Shown: in pieces, positions 25,479 to 35,683 of the stretch
How the letters are laid out: each line of letters begins with the position of its first letter
How positions within the stretch are numbered: the stretch's first letter is position 1
Virus record (IMG/VR): IMGVR_UViG_3300025889_000152
Span: 1 to 54,782 of that record
DNA from: a virus
Taxonomy: Duplodnaviria; Caudoviricetes
Length of the DNA: 54,782 nucleotides
Reading direction: 5' to 3' (one strand)
Notes under the pieces: model-generated
What the model was told of the DNA's origin: nothing
The model's database searches: none
What the model saw: the letters and a program-made list of their open reading frames with translations, nothing else
Made by a program: the position numbers and the translations under genes

Positions 25479-25630
25479 ACCTTATTTCTAATGCAATAAT
25501 TAAAGTATCGCTCTTTATTTCCTATAGGTCAAGCCCCAAAATCCCTTATAGATAATCGCTATGCAATAGATAAAACTCTATGATTGCTGGCAATAAAAAG
25601 CGATCGCTGTAGGAAGCGATCGCTTTATTT

Positions 25631-25999
25631 TTACTCTCTGCCTCTAGTTAATATCTGGCTAATTACCAGTCCTGCATCATGCCAAGCGATGAGTTCTTCC
25701 ACTCTGCCAAAGTTTTTGCTGCGAATAACCCAAAAGCAATCTGACTCGTAAAACGTTTTTGCTCCCAGTCGCTTGCCTGTACGTTGGGCAAGCTGCTTTA
25801 CGCTATCAGGGGCATCGGCAAAAACTTTTACCTTATTGAGTTCGACTTCGAGAGTATCGCTATCCTTGACGAACTCAACTCGAAATACATAGCTTGATTC
25901 GGTTTCACAATAGGCGATCGCGTGGCGCAATGGCTCCGCAAACTCATCCAGTTCATCTCGCAGTGACTCTGCGTAAGACTTTAAGTTTATTCCAATCAT
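25631..25999 (-). CDS. Hypothetical protein
   Basis: 122-aa ORF followed by a HIP1 hairpin. Confidence 0.6.
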   Translation of the reverse strand: MIGINLKSYAESLRDELDEFAEPLRHAIAYCETESSYVFRVEFVKDSDTLEVELNKVKVFADAPDSVKQLAQRTGKRLGAKTFYESDCFWVIRSKNFGRVEELIAWHDAGLVISQILTRGRE

Positions 26000-26003
26000 C
26001 CAA

Positions 26004-26921
26004 TCATAATCCTGCTATTAATTTTTGATACATCAAGGGCGGTACTGAATTGCCGATACCCTTCCCGTCTAGCGACTTCTTGCCACTCCATTTGTAATCA
26101 TCGGGGAATGACTGCAAACGTGCCAAGCAAGGAATGTCTAAGGCTTTGATTTTGGCATTTTCTAGCAGTGCATTAGCCCTATGCCAATGTCCGTCCTGCC
26201 CCATAGCTCTCAGCGTCCAACATGGCTCATCGGCGGCGCGGGTCTGTAAGGGGCGATCGCTTCTTGCCCCTGTGTTTTCAAGAAGCAATGGCAAATCGCT
26301 TTCATCGTATGGAGCTAATGCCCTAATCTGCCAATCAGCCAGCTTACTATCAGGCAAATCATGCACCTTATCTTTAATTGCCTTATACCATCCAATATGT
26401 TTTTTAGGCAGTGGTAACGCGGGGATAAAGCCACCCTTTACCGCGATTAAGATTAAGCGGCGGCGCGATTGGGGAACGCCAAAATCAGCAGCATTTAGAA
26501 CTTGATGATTTATCCAGTATCCTTGCGAGTAAAGCATTTCAACGATGATATTGAACGCTTTGGATTTGCCGTATGCCTGAACATTCTCAAGGGTGAACGT
26601 GGGCGGCTGTAGTACTTTGATAAATTCTGCGACCTTTCGGGCGCAGTCGACATCTAGCTGCTTCTCACCTTTTTTCGCGTTCGCAGTTGAGAAAGATTTG
26701 CATACAGGCGATGCGTGTAAAACATCTACTTTCTCGAACTTCATAGGGTTAGCGTCTAAGATGTCCATGACATGGCACTTGCCGCCAATATTTGCCTCAT
26801 GTAATTCAGCTAATTGAGGGTCAAATTCCACTGACTCGCAAGGCTCAAACCCTGCGGCGATCGCGCCTAAATCGCAACCGCCGATCCCTGAAAACAATGA
26901 TGTAAATATTGGCTTACCCAC
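26004..26921 (-). CDS. C5-cytosine DNA methyltransferase
   Basis: LFSGIGG (motif I), SPVC (IV), ENV (VI), PQSRRR (VIII), RLQSFPD (IX), GNSVPP (X); GTG start at 26921 likely. Confidence 0.93.
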   Translation of the reverse strand: MGKPIFTSLFSGIGGCDLGAIAAGFEPCESVEFDPQLAELHEANIGGKCHVMDILDANPMKFEKVDVLHASPVCKSFSTANAKKGEKQLDVDCARKVAEFIKVLQPPTFTLENVQAYGKSKAFNIIVEMLYSQGYWINHQVLNAADFGVPQSRRRLILIAVKGGFIPALPLPKKHIGWYKAIKDKVHDLPDSKLADWQIRALAPYDESDLPLLLENTGARSDRPLQTRAADEPCWTLRAMGQDGHWHRANALLENAKIKALDIPCLARLQSFPDDYKWSGKKSLDGKGIGNSVPPLMYQKLIAGL

Positions 26922-27225
26922 GGTGATGCTCCTCACGCAAAAGCTCATCAATAATGTTTTTGAGCGCTGATTGAATGTGACCACGCAAAATGTAATTAGC
27001 TTCAGGCAGTGGATAGATTACAATTCCAGAACGAATATGTGTACGATTCTCTGAAATTGGACAATAGAAAGCTCTGATACTAATCATCGCTGTTATCTCC
27101 TTTGGGCGCGGGTTGCTTTTTGGGAATAGGCTTAGCGATTGGAGTAGATGGTTTAGGCGTAGTCGGGGGCTTTTTAGCAGGTAGAAAAGGCTCAATTCCT
27201 GCAATCATTTGATAGCGTAAATGGC

Positions 27226-27492
27226 TCATGGTGCGATCGCCTCCTCTATGGGCAGGTAAAATGCAATTTTATTTTCAACGCAAGCCCTGCGAAAAAGATT
27301 GAAATCGCAATTAGGAATGTAAATATACATAGTTCCTCTTGCGGAAACAATCAAAGTATTCTCTGGGATGCCAGTAGTTGCAATATCTCTAACAGCTTCG
27401 CCATTGTGAATATATTCAACCCAGCAAGCCAATCGTTTCTTTTTGGCTTGCTCCCAAGCTTTTTCGTAATCTCGGCTTAGTTCAAATTTCAT
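27226..27492 (-). CDS. Hypothetical cassette protein ending EEAIAP
   Basis: Flanked by 21-bp direct repeats. Confidence 0.6.
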   Translation of the reverse strand: MKFELSRDYEKAWEQAKKKRLACWVEYIHNGEAVRDIATTGIPENTLIVSARGTMYIYIPNCDFNLFRRACVENKIAFYLPIEEAIAP

Positions 27493-27695
27493 GGTGCGAT
27501 CGCCTCCTCGGTTAAATCATCGGGCGAACAATTCAATGTATTGCAAAGCAAAACTACTGTTGCAAACTGTTTAAAGCCTGATCGTTCATTCTCCCAATTG
27601 GCTACAGTATTAACCGTTACGCCTAGCATTTTTGCTAGTTCGCTTTGGGAGATACCAAGGCGATCGCGATGAGTTCTGATATTGAGTTTAATCAT
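27489..27695 (-). CDS. XRE-family HTH regulator
   Basis: RDRLGISQSELAKMLGVTVNTVANWEN. Confidence 0.9.
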   Translation of the reverse strand: MIKLNIRTHRDRLGISQSELAKMLGVTVNTVANWENERSGFKQFATVVLLCNTLNCSPDDLTEEAIAP

Positions 27696-28121
27696 GAATT
27701 ACCTCTTTTTGAATTTTTTCAATACAGGTAATAATTTGAACTTGCTCAACTAAATAAAGATCTCTTGGAAATGATGTCCAATCGATCAATGTTGCCGCTA
27801 GGGCTTCGCAAACTTTTTGCGACACTTCTTTTGATGGAATGCCGCTAACAATTAGCGATTTTTGGGCAAATACACTAAAAGTCCCATCTAGTGTTTGCCT
27901 GATTTCAAATTCAGTCATTTCTTGATACCTCTATTATAAATTCTGGATATAAAACAACAGCCTTAGCAAACTGCTCTCTATAGCTATCGCCATAGGGCGC
28001 TTTGTCAAAGCCGAATAGCATGATGTGTCCGCGATCGCAGATCTCTTTATGCTCAATCAATTCTCCAGATAAGCGAACCGCAAGGGCGATCGCTTCATGG
28101 GAATAGGTTGAGCATAGGATT

Positions 28122-28493
28122 TTAATTTGGGGCATTGATATCACCCCACTGAATTAAAACCCCTTCAAAGGGCAACCCGTAGCTTTTTTCAATGTACTGG
28201 ATTAGATCATCCCAATTGTCAAAACCATCGGCGATCGCAAAGGTATCTAAATGGACTTTAACCATTTGAGATTCATATGGCATAACATAGCCATTTCTCA
28301 TGATTTGGATATGCTTGACGCTTGTGCAAGTAGCCTCTCCTAATTTTTCGCAATCTTTGGGTGATTGCTGTTTCCAGAAAAGGTAAAGCTTGTCGCCTGT
28401 GGCGATCGCCCGTTTGCGAACTGACCTGATGGTTTGGCGCTTCGCGCCGCTTATGATTTTGTCTTTAAAGACTGAAAATGATAATGCTGGCAT
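28122..28493 (-). CDS. ASCH domain protein
   Basis: LSF...IISGAKRQTIR...GDKLYLF...FAIADGF. Confidence 0.8.
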   Translation of the reverse strand: MPALSFSVFKDKIISGAKRQTIRSVRKRAIATGDKLYLFWKQQSPKDCEKLGEATCTSVKHIQIMRNGYVMPYESQMVKVHLDTFAIADGFDNWDDLIQYIEKSYGLPFEGVLIQWGDINAPN

Positions 28494-28706
28494 TTATTTC
28501 TCCTTGAGCAGTTCATTGTTTTTACCCTGCGATGCTTTGAGACCTAGCCTTAAAAGGTTTTCAATAACCACGCATGGGAATACTTTTGACTCTACTGCGA
28601 TTCGATTGATTTCCAACTTAAGATCCTCATCAAGCATCAATGTTGATCTCTTTCTTGCCATGCTAATCCTCGCGATTTGCTTCTTCGTAGGACATGGGCG
28701 GTGCAT
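28494..28706 (-). CDS. Ribbon-helix-helix protein
   Basis: RKRSTLMLDEDLKLEINRIA...VIENLLRLGL. Confidence 0.6.
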   Translation of the reverse strand: MHRPCPTKKQIARISMARKRSTLMLDEDLKLEINRIAVESKVFPCVVIENLLRLGLKASQGKNNELLKEK

Positions 28707-29004
28707 AGTTTGCTTTTGCCTCTTGAATGTTTCCGCCTTCTCCGACTATTGCACCGTCTTCCCATAGAGTGAATCCCTCTTTGGTTTTTTGGACGTAGAT
28801 GCCACTTACTCGCGATGAGTAATTAGCTGGTGATAATGGTTTTCTTTTTCTCATTGAATTACTGTAACTCTGTGTTTAGTATTGCATACTTACATACTTA
28901 TGCAACTATAAACAGCTAATGCTAATCGCCATAACCATAGACGCTACTCTATGCGATATTTATATAAAGATGCGGATTATATGGCTTGCTGACCTTGTAG
29001 CGTG

Positions 29005-29081
29005 AAAAAACATAGGGGAGATCCCCAAATTGAAACCTATGTATATATTCTTGAGAGGGAGAAATATTTTTGCAAAATATT
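29005..29081 (+). repeat. Dispersed ~75-bp element, copy 3
   Basis: AAAAAACATAGGGGAGATCCCCAAA...TGTATATATTCTTGAGAGGGAGAAATATTTTTGCAAAATATT. Confidence 0.93.
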
Positions 29082-29312
29082 GGGGTGATGTCGGCGGCGG
29101 TGTTGTTTATCGGAATAACTGGAAACATATTTGAGAAGAGATCCTTTATTCCGTAGCAGATAACCTAAAAACCGCGCGGCAAGGCAAAAAAAGAAAAATT
29201 TTTTTTAAAAAAAGAGGTGAAAAACATCTGAAATTCACTTCCGCTTTAGGGTTGGATTTTGGCACAAAAAAAGATCGCCTATTGCTAGGCGATCGCTGTA
29301 AGAGATAGAAGT

Positions 29313-30590
29313 TTATGCAGTTCGGCGATCTTCCTTCGCCTTAAACTCTAGAACCTCGCCATATGGTGCGGGTGCTTCCTTGCTGCAAGTCATGATGCTG
29401 GCGTTGTTTTTGCCTAGTGAGCCGATCGCGATGACGGGCTGATCTTGAATAGAATCAATAGCGATCGTGAGGTCGCGATCTTTGTCGGCGGTCTTGATGA
29501 CCTTGATTAGATTGTCAATCTTGATCTTTGCCTGTTGGTCGGAATGGGCGGCGATCGGTAGGGTGAAGCATAGAGTATTGGCAATATATTCATAGCTAAG
29601 AGAAAAGCTTAAATGCGCCTCCCTTCCTTCGCTGTGTTGGTATCCGTAACCCTTGCGAAACCATGAGCTAGGCGCGATTGCTTGGTGATAGCTGACATAC
29701 TGAGTGATTGGGGTGGCGATCGCTAGTGCGTAGTAGTACAAGTGTGTGGGGGTGGGTGTGTTGATTTCGTAACGCTCTGTCTTGCTGTCGGTGGTGAAGC
29801 ATTTTAAAATTAGCTCCTGACCTCGAATATAAAGATCGATTGTGTCGCTACCCATCGCCTTAGCAATTTCGAGATTAGAGATTAAGGCGGCGCGATAATC
29901 GCGATCTAATACTGCCGCTTCTCCTGTCGCCTTGGGTAATTCGGGGTAATTACCCTCTAATAATTTTGAGGTGATCACGATGTCGCCGATCTCCATTGAA
30001 ATATTAAAAGCATCATGAGTGATCATTAATTCGCGATCGCTTTTAGTCTTCAAAATCTCGAAAAATTTAGTAGGGATTGTGATATCACAGTTAGGCGCTG
30101 TAACTTTAAACTCTGCCTGTGCTGCCTTGTGTCCGTCTGTGCCTGATAGGGTTGCCACGTTGTCGCGGACCTTCAGGTTTGCACCTTGAAGCATTCTTGA
30201 GTGATGATTAGTTTTGATCGCTGGTTTAACAGTCTGCCACGCTTTTAAAAGCTTAGACTCCCATAATGTAAATGATTCGCCTTTGACTTCTGGCAAGCAT
30301 GGAAACTCTGCGGGGTCAATTGTGGCGATCGCGTTGCTGCCTGTGCCTGTAATTTGGATCGCGTCATCGGTGGCGGTTAGCGAAAATTTATCCAACTTCG
30401 CTGTAAACTTCTTGAGCATTTCCCCGTTTGTGCAAAATACGGGGGTGTGGGGGATCTTGATACTGATCGCAGTTTCCAGGTCAAAAGCTTCTAGGGTGTT
30501 GCCTGTCGATTTGATGCAAGCCAAAACGGGGTGTGATGGGCGTTTGCTGACATACTTTGCTGCTAGGGCGATCGCTTCTTTGATTAACAT
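29313..30590 (-). CDS. dnaN: DNA polymerase III beta sliding clamp-like protein
   Basis: SKRPSHPVLACI, AFDLETAI, PAEFP, GTDGHK, SKLLEGNYP; divergent C-terminus. Confidence 0.85.
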   Translation of the reverse strand: MLIKEAIALAAKYVSKRPSHPVLACIKSTGNTLEAFDLETAISIKIPHTPVFCTNGEMLKKFTAKLDKFSLTATDDAIQITGTGSNAIATIDPAEFPCLPEVKGESFTLWESKLLKAWQTVKPAIKTNHHSRMLQGANLKVRDNVATLSGTDGHKAAQAEFKVTAPNCDITIPTKFFEILKTKSDRELMITHDAFNISMEIGDIVITSKLLEGNYPELPKATGEAAVLDRDYRAALISNLEIAKAMGSDTIDLYIRGQELILKCFTTDSKTERYEINTPTPTHLYYYALAIATPITQYVSYHQAIAPSSWFRKGYGYQHSEGREAHLSFSLSYEYIANTLCFTLPIAAHSDQQAKIKIDNLIKVIKTADKDRDLTIAIDSIQDQPVIAIGSLGKNNASIMTCSKEAPAPYGEVLEFKAKEDRRTA

Positions 30591-30662
30591 GGCTTTGGTT
30601 GGGTGGTTGGGGTTTACTGGTCGGGGGCGATCACCATAGGATAGGCGATCGCTAGTGGGTGG

Positions 30663-30902
30663 TTAAAGTTTTCCTAGTAGCTCGATCGCCCTACGAACTT
30701 CAGCGCGATCAAGTAATTGGCATAGCTCAAAATCTTCGCTGGCGGCGATAACCCTGAGCTTGCCTTGAGCTATCCTGCGAAATAGCTCTGAAACATTGGC
30801 TTTACTGCCATATATGCAACCGTGGGCGATCGCTATGGCTTCTAAGGCTTTGCTATCAGCTTCGCAGACTGATAGCGTGATTGATTCGTTCTTTTTTGTC
30901 AT
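30663..30902 (-). CDS. Ribbon-helix-helix/CopG-like protein
   Basis: ESITLSV..KALEAIA..NVSELFRRIA. Confidence 0.65.
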   Translation of the reverse strand: MTKKNESITLSVCEADSKALEAIAIAHGCIYGSKANVSELFRRIAQGKLRVIAASEDFELCQLLDRAEVRRAIELLGKL

Positions 30903-30941
30903 TGTTTGGCGCGGTGCGATCGCGCCTTTACGCTATAGGTA

Positions 30942-31256
30942 TTACTGCAAGCAGATCTCAACTTCGTGACCTTTGTCATTTAGATAAGGTGCAAAGGACT
31001 CCTCATCTTCTGCGAGTGAAATGCAAACATCGTTTACGACTTCTGACAAATTCTCGAACTTGTCAAAATCCCATGAAACTTGATGCTTAAACCATAGTGA
31101 TCTCATCGAATTTTTTTGAATCATCGTGCGAACAATTTGTTCGATGGGCTTTGCGCCTGATTCAATCGAACCGTATTGAGTAGCTTGATATCTAGCTTCT
31201 TCGTCCCATGCCGCTTCTTGATCGCGGCGCTCTTGAATTTTTTCTGACCAGTCCAT
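30942..31256 (-). CDS. Hypothetical protein
   Basis: 104 aa with GGAG RBS. Confidence 0.6.
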   Translation of the reverse strand: MDWSEKIQERRDQEAAWDEEARYQATQYGSIESGAKPIEQIVRTMIQKNSMRSLWFKHQVSWDFDKFENLSEVVNDVCISLAEDEESFAPYLNDKGHEVEICLQ

Positions 31257-31380
31257 AATATTTAAATCTCCGTATAATTTGGTTTACCGTGGAAACTGCC
31301 TCTAAACTCAATTCCCACTATTAAATATTAGCAGTATCCGTACAGAATAGCAATACTTTTTAAAAGATAGTGTCCGTACA

Positions 31381-32007
31381 CTAGAAAAAATCATCTTGCG
31401 GCGGCATGGGCTTTGCCGATCGCAACTCGATCAAATACTGCTGCAATTCATCAGAGCTTAGCTTCTCGCGGGGCTTATTCCAGCGAACTAAGCAATGCTC
31501 GGCTTTGCCAAGATTAAGGCGTGTGCAATGCACGTCTAGCTCTGAAAGGATAGAGCTAAGATCAATAGGCTCTGCTGGTGGGACAACTAGCTTTGATTTC
31601 TTTTCAGAAAGCAGTTCGCTGGCTTCTGTGGCGATCGCTGGTACTGATAGAAATACCTGCCAAATTGCGGGGGTTTTGATTTTTTTATACAATTCTTCAA
31701 AATCCTTGAGATTGTTACAGGCGGCGATCGAGATCTTGAGCTTGGCTAAGTACTTTGCGGGGTCGGGCGGTGCTTTGGGCTTAGGTGCTGCCTTGCTACT
31801 GCATTCCAAATTAAGATTGATCGCGCCCGATCGCGCCTCACATCGCCACAAACTGATATCTATTTCGATGTCCCCGTTTGAGGCATTGAGAAGATCTTGG
31901 ATCATGGCGCGATCGATTAACAGATAGCCTTTATAGCTTGGCTGGCTGTCTTCGGTTTTCTCAAATCTGAATAGCGTTCCCTTGTTTGGGCGTTTTTCAT
32001 ATGCCAT
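31381..32007 (-). CDS. Possible ssDNA-binding protein
   Basis: NKGTLF..QPSYKG..ISLW N-domain, acidic-aromatic tail DDFF; next to the recombination gene. Confidence 0.45.
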   Translation of the reverse strand: MAYEKRPNKGTLFRFEKTEDSQPSYKGYLLIDRAMIQDLLNASNGDIEIDISLWRCEARSGAINLNLECSSKAAPKPKAPPDPAKYLAKLKISIAACNNLKDFEELYKKIKTPAIWQVFLSVPAIATEASELLSEKKSKLVVPPAEPIDLSSILSELDVHCTRLNLGKAEHCLVRWNKPREKLSSDELQQYLIELRSAKPMPPQDDFF

Positions 32008-32064
32008 GTTTTTTTCTCCTGATAATAGTTAACCGATCGCTGGTGTGCGATCGGCTGTGAGTGA

Positions 32065-33093
32065 TTAAAACTGCAAGCGGTTTTGTACTATTGCAAAAGC
32101 TTCTTTGATTACTCGATGATTTTCTGGATAAGCTTTGTAAGCTTGCTGTCTTTGAGTCCATTCGATTAGTTCATCTAATTGATCCTCGTCTTTGCAGCGA
32201 TCGCAAGCACCAGAAAAAGCGGCGAAAAAATCTGACCATACGGGCTTTGCTGTAACATCGATCGCTGGTGGTAGTTGGGCGATCGCGTCAACATTTGCGA
32301 GTTTGCGGGGTTCGTAAATCGCCCCAATTTCTGCATACTTGGCGGCGCTAATAGCGCGATCTATCTTTTGCTGATACTGCGGATCAATTGATAGATACAG
32401 TAAGTTTTCTTCGCCCCTAAATTGTTTCTGGGCTGTGGTTTTCGTGATCATGCGTGGCGATCGCGACAAAATCAACGGGGCGTACTTCAGAGATGCGCCA
32501 CATAAGGCAAGCTCGGCGGCGATCTCTTGCAGTTGGCTCTTCAAAAAAACAATATCGTTAATTGAGGTGGTTGAAAGTTCGATATTCCCTGAGTAACCCA
32601 TGTATCTAAATTCAGGCATCCCAAATTTAATTAGGGCTGAGGCTCTGCACTTATCGCAACCTTTGGGGCTATTAGGTGCGCGGCAAGGCTTAGGCTCGTT
32701 GAGGTGATAAACTCCGCGATCGTCTCTCCACTCGGTAATAGTTTCTCCATCGCACTTAGTTTTTAAAAGACCTCCTGTGCCAAATTCTGAGTACCAATCA
32801 TCAATCAGTTGATCAATGTTGTCATGTTTGAAAAAGATTTGAATTTCTTTGGGCTGATCGCCGTAGAATTGTTCCCAAATTTCCGCCACTCTCTCGGCGC
32901 TAACTCCAGGGGTGGGGACAAATCTAAAGTAATTTAGGTTTGCCCCTGGGCGGTTGCCTGTTTTCTCTGCCCCTTTGAAAATCTTGCCAATTGGCTGCAC
33001 CCTTGGCGATCGCTCGGTGGGGCTGTATCTTTTAATTGCCATAATTTTTTGCTGAATAATTGAACATGATGCGCGATCGCCATATAGAATCAA
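32065..33093 (-). CDS. Gp3-like (recombination directionality factor-like) protein
   Basis: IGKIFKGAEK..LNYFRF..YGDQPKEI..KCDGE..CxxxxxxxxCxxC..TTSIN pattern of the phiC31/phiBT1 gp3-like family. Confidence 0.65.
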   Translation of the reverse strand: MILYGDRASCSIIQQKIMAIKRYSPTERSPRVQPIGKIFKGAEKTGNRPGANLNYFRFVPTPGVSAERVAEIWEQFYGDQPKEIQIFFKHDNIDQLIDDWYSEFGTGGLLKTKCDGETITEWRDDRGVYHLNEPKPCRAPNSPKGCDKCRASALIKFGMPEFRYMGYSGNIELSTTSINDIVFLKSQLQEIAAELALCGASLKYAPLILSRSPRMITKTTAQKQFRGEENLLYLSIDPQYQQKIDRAISAAKYAEIGAIYEPRKLANVDAIAQLPPAIDVTAKPVWSDFFAAFSGACDRCKDEDQLDELIEWTQRQQAYKAYPENHRVIKEAFAIVQNRLQF

Positions 33094-33109
33094 TGGCGAT
33101 CGCTGAAAA

Positions 33110-33490
33110 CTAAAGGCGGCTAACTCTCCGCTTTAGTTCTTCGCGGGATAGTGAGGCGATCGGGCGGTTGGCAGATTGCATTTCGGCGATCGCTTTTTCG
33201 ACTGCTATCTTTTGAGGAATTGCCCCCGTGCAAAAGCGATCGGGTTTGCAGTCGATCCAGAATCTGTAATAGAAAGCGCGATCGCTTTTTAGGAATGCTT
33301 CCATATCATCCATGTTGAATGATCGAAAAGAATGCTCATTGTAAATAAAATCTCTGGCGATCGCGATCGCAAAGTTTTTTTGCTTCTCGCTGACTGCGGT
33401 TGCTGCTAGACGCGGATCATTTAGAAAGAAATAGCGGATATCACTAATCCTTCTATTTGCTGCGTAAGCAATATCGTAATTAGGTAGCAT
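33110..33490 (-). CDS. Hypothetical early protein
   Basis: SEKQKNFAIAI..FWID. Confidence 0.6.
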   Translation of the reverse strand: MLPNYDIAYAANRRISDIRYFFLNDPRLAATAVSEKQKNFAIAIARDFIYNEHSFRSFNMDDMEAFLKSDRAFYYRFWIDCKPDRFCTGAIPQKIAVEKAIAEMQSANRPIASLSREELKRRVSRL

Positions 33491-34220
33491 GATTTTTTGT
33501 GGGTGGTTGGGTGGAGTTTGCTGCCTTCACTTTTGACTGGCGCTGTAGGCTACGGCGCGATCGACTATGCTGCAATCAATTCGCGATCTTCACTGTTGAT
33601 TGATTCGCAGATGTCGTCAATCTCGGCGGCGATCGCTTCGGGAGCAATAGAAACTCCGTAATATTCGCGCAACTTGTAGGCTATAAGATTGGGATCTTGA
33701 CCTTGCAGATCTCGCAGTGCCAATAAAATCAAAGCTTCGATGCGTTGCTGGGTTGGGTATGTCATGGGTTTAAATCTTGATAGGTTGATCGCGTGTTTGA
33801 TTTGTTTTTGAGTTTTGCCACTGCCTCGGCTTCTAAGCGATCACGGTCGATTGCTATTTGGCAGTAATGCAGGGCGATCGCTCGTTGCCTTTTGATGGCT
33901 GCGGCGATCGCTGGATCTTGTTGTGGGATGGCGAAAATATCAAGTTGTTTCATGTGGTGGGGACTGGGTAGGATTTTTGAAAGCCTCCCTTTTCGTAATG
34001 GAGATCAAGGGATCTCTTTTTTGCCTTGGCGATCGGTATCGGTGTAGGCTGTAGCATGGCTTTTATAATCCCGTTGCTTTCGGGAATATCCGCCATATAA
34101 GGCGGGAAAATTGATACTTTTAATGGCTCCAATTAAAAATCCTCGCTAGTTGGTTGGGTTTTGCCTTTCGGCTATGCCCGATCGCTCCGCTCTGAGGTGG
34201 CGATCGGGCGATCGCTGGAT

Positions 34221-34409
34221 CTAGAGTGTGGCTCTGTTGGCTAGGCGATCGCTGATCAAGCCGTCCTTGTGGATCGAGTTTAGCCAATCCACAAAGCAGC
34301 ATCTAATATCTGTGCTGTAATCTTTTTGACGCTTGCGGGTTCGGTACTCGCTTGTAAATTGTGGGTGTGCTTGCCAAAATGCGGCGCGGATCTCTGTAAT
34401 GGTTTTCAT
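34221..34409 (-). CDS. Small phage early protein
   Basis: IRAAFWQAHP...DIRCCFVDW...ISDRLANRATL. Confidence 0.65.
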   Translation of the reverse strand: MKTITEIRAAFWQAHPQFTSEYRTRKRQKDYSTDIRCCFVDWLNSIHKDGLISDRLANRATL

Positions 34410-34442
34410 GGTTTTTTATAGTTGGTGTCGGTGGGGGTGAGA

Positions 34443-34790
34443 CTAGAAAAATGATTTGGCTTCGTTGCCTTGGGCGATCGCCTCTGCATCCGACAGCCGC
34501 GCTAGGCGATCGCGCTGTAAGGATAGAAGCGATTCATAGCACTGACTAGCATTACGGTATCCGTACCGCTTGCCTTGCTCAAAAGATGAGCCGTCTCTAA
34601 ATAAAATTGCAGTTCGCGCTAGCGCGACTTTTAAAATCCCTGCTAGATCTTGGCAATCTTCCCATGATCGTTTAGTGGGGCGCTGGCGTTTGGGCTTACC
34701 TCCGAATAGTTGCGCCGACGCATCTACTGGCATCCCGCCGTATCTTGCATCGACTGCGATAAATTGATGCTCTTTCCAAAAATCTTGCAT
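34443..34790 (-). CDS. Hypothetical early protein
   Basis: 115 aa with AGGAG RBS. Confidence 0.55.
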   Translation of the reverse strand: MQDFWKEHQFIAVDARYGGMPVDASAQLFGGKPKRQRPTKRSWEDCQDLAGILKVALARTAILFRDGSSFEQGKRYGYRNASQCYESLLSLQRDRLARLSDAEAIAQGNEAKSFF

Positions 34791-35315
34791 AATGCTTTAT
34801 ACTCCTAATACTGCCTTTGGTTGGGTGGTTTTGCCGATCGCTTTTATAGGCGATCGGCTTTGAATTTTAGATGATCGTTAATACCAGGCTGTCCAGATCC
34901 CGTTAAGGTAGCAGCTTTTTAGCGGTGCGGCTGGGTAGCGACTGAACTTTTTAAAATAGGCATTGCACAGATCGGCAAAATGTGTAAATGTTTGAGTCCC
35001 CAGGATGTAGTTAGTCATTTAAAATCTCCAAAAATAGCTGAGGTTTTAGGCGGTGGTTGCCTTCGCTTTGCGCTGTAGGCTGGCGGCGCGATCGGGTGGT
35101 TAGTGCGTGATTTCGTAAAGATAATCGCAGGTATCTTGTGCGAAATTACTAAAATCCCGTGCATAGATATCCATGAGAGACCCAAAACAATCCTCAATGA
35201 ATAAGCTGAAATTGTGTAGATCTTGGATTTCGGCTACCGCTTTTACTCTTATTAGGTGAAGGTGAATCATTTGATTTGCTCCGTTGCTTTATTCATTTGG
35301 TGTGATACCATTGTA

Positions 35316-35411
35316 GCCATGTTTACATGGCTTGCATAGGGGTTTTAGATTTGTATAAGCGATCGCTTTGCCTTGCCTTAATAAGATTTGCTTATACCGT
35401 GTAAACATGGC
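35316..35411. promoter_or_regulatory. Operator-like palindromic sites in divergent intergenic region
   Basis: GCCATGTTTACATGGC (35316..35331) and CCGTGTAAACATGGC (35397..35411). Confidence 0.55.
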
Positions 35412-35455
35412 AGTATTAAGCGCTAGAATAGCGCTAATAAATTTATATAGAATGT

Positions 35456-35683
35456 ATGGCTAAAGTTGTTAATGGCGATCGCGGTCTGTTTGCGCCGATC
35501 TCTGGATCGTCCACTTTTACCGCTACTGGTTCCCGTGTTTTTGCTTTTCGTGATGCTGGCAAGAGTGCCGATATTTTGGGCGCTATGGAGTCGGGCGATC
35601 GCGGGGATTTTATTCGGGCGGCGATCGCTGAGAAGTTAGAACGCGATAGTTCCAATCAAGAAAATTGTCTTAGGGAAGGATAG
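35456..35683 (+). CDS. Small RHH-like regulator divergent from the early operon
   Basis: RVFAFR..DRGDFIRAAIAEKLER. Confidence 0.55.
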   Translation: MAKVVNGDRGLFAPISGSSTFTATGSRVFAFRDAGKSADILGAMESGDRGDFIRAAIAEKLERDSSNQENCLREG

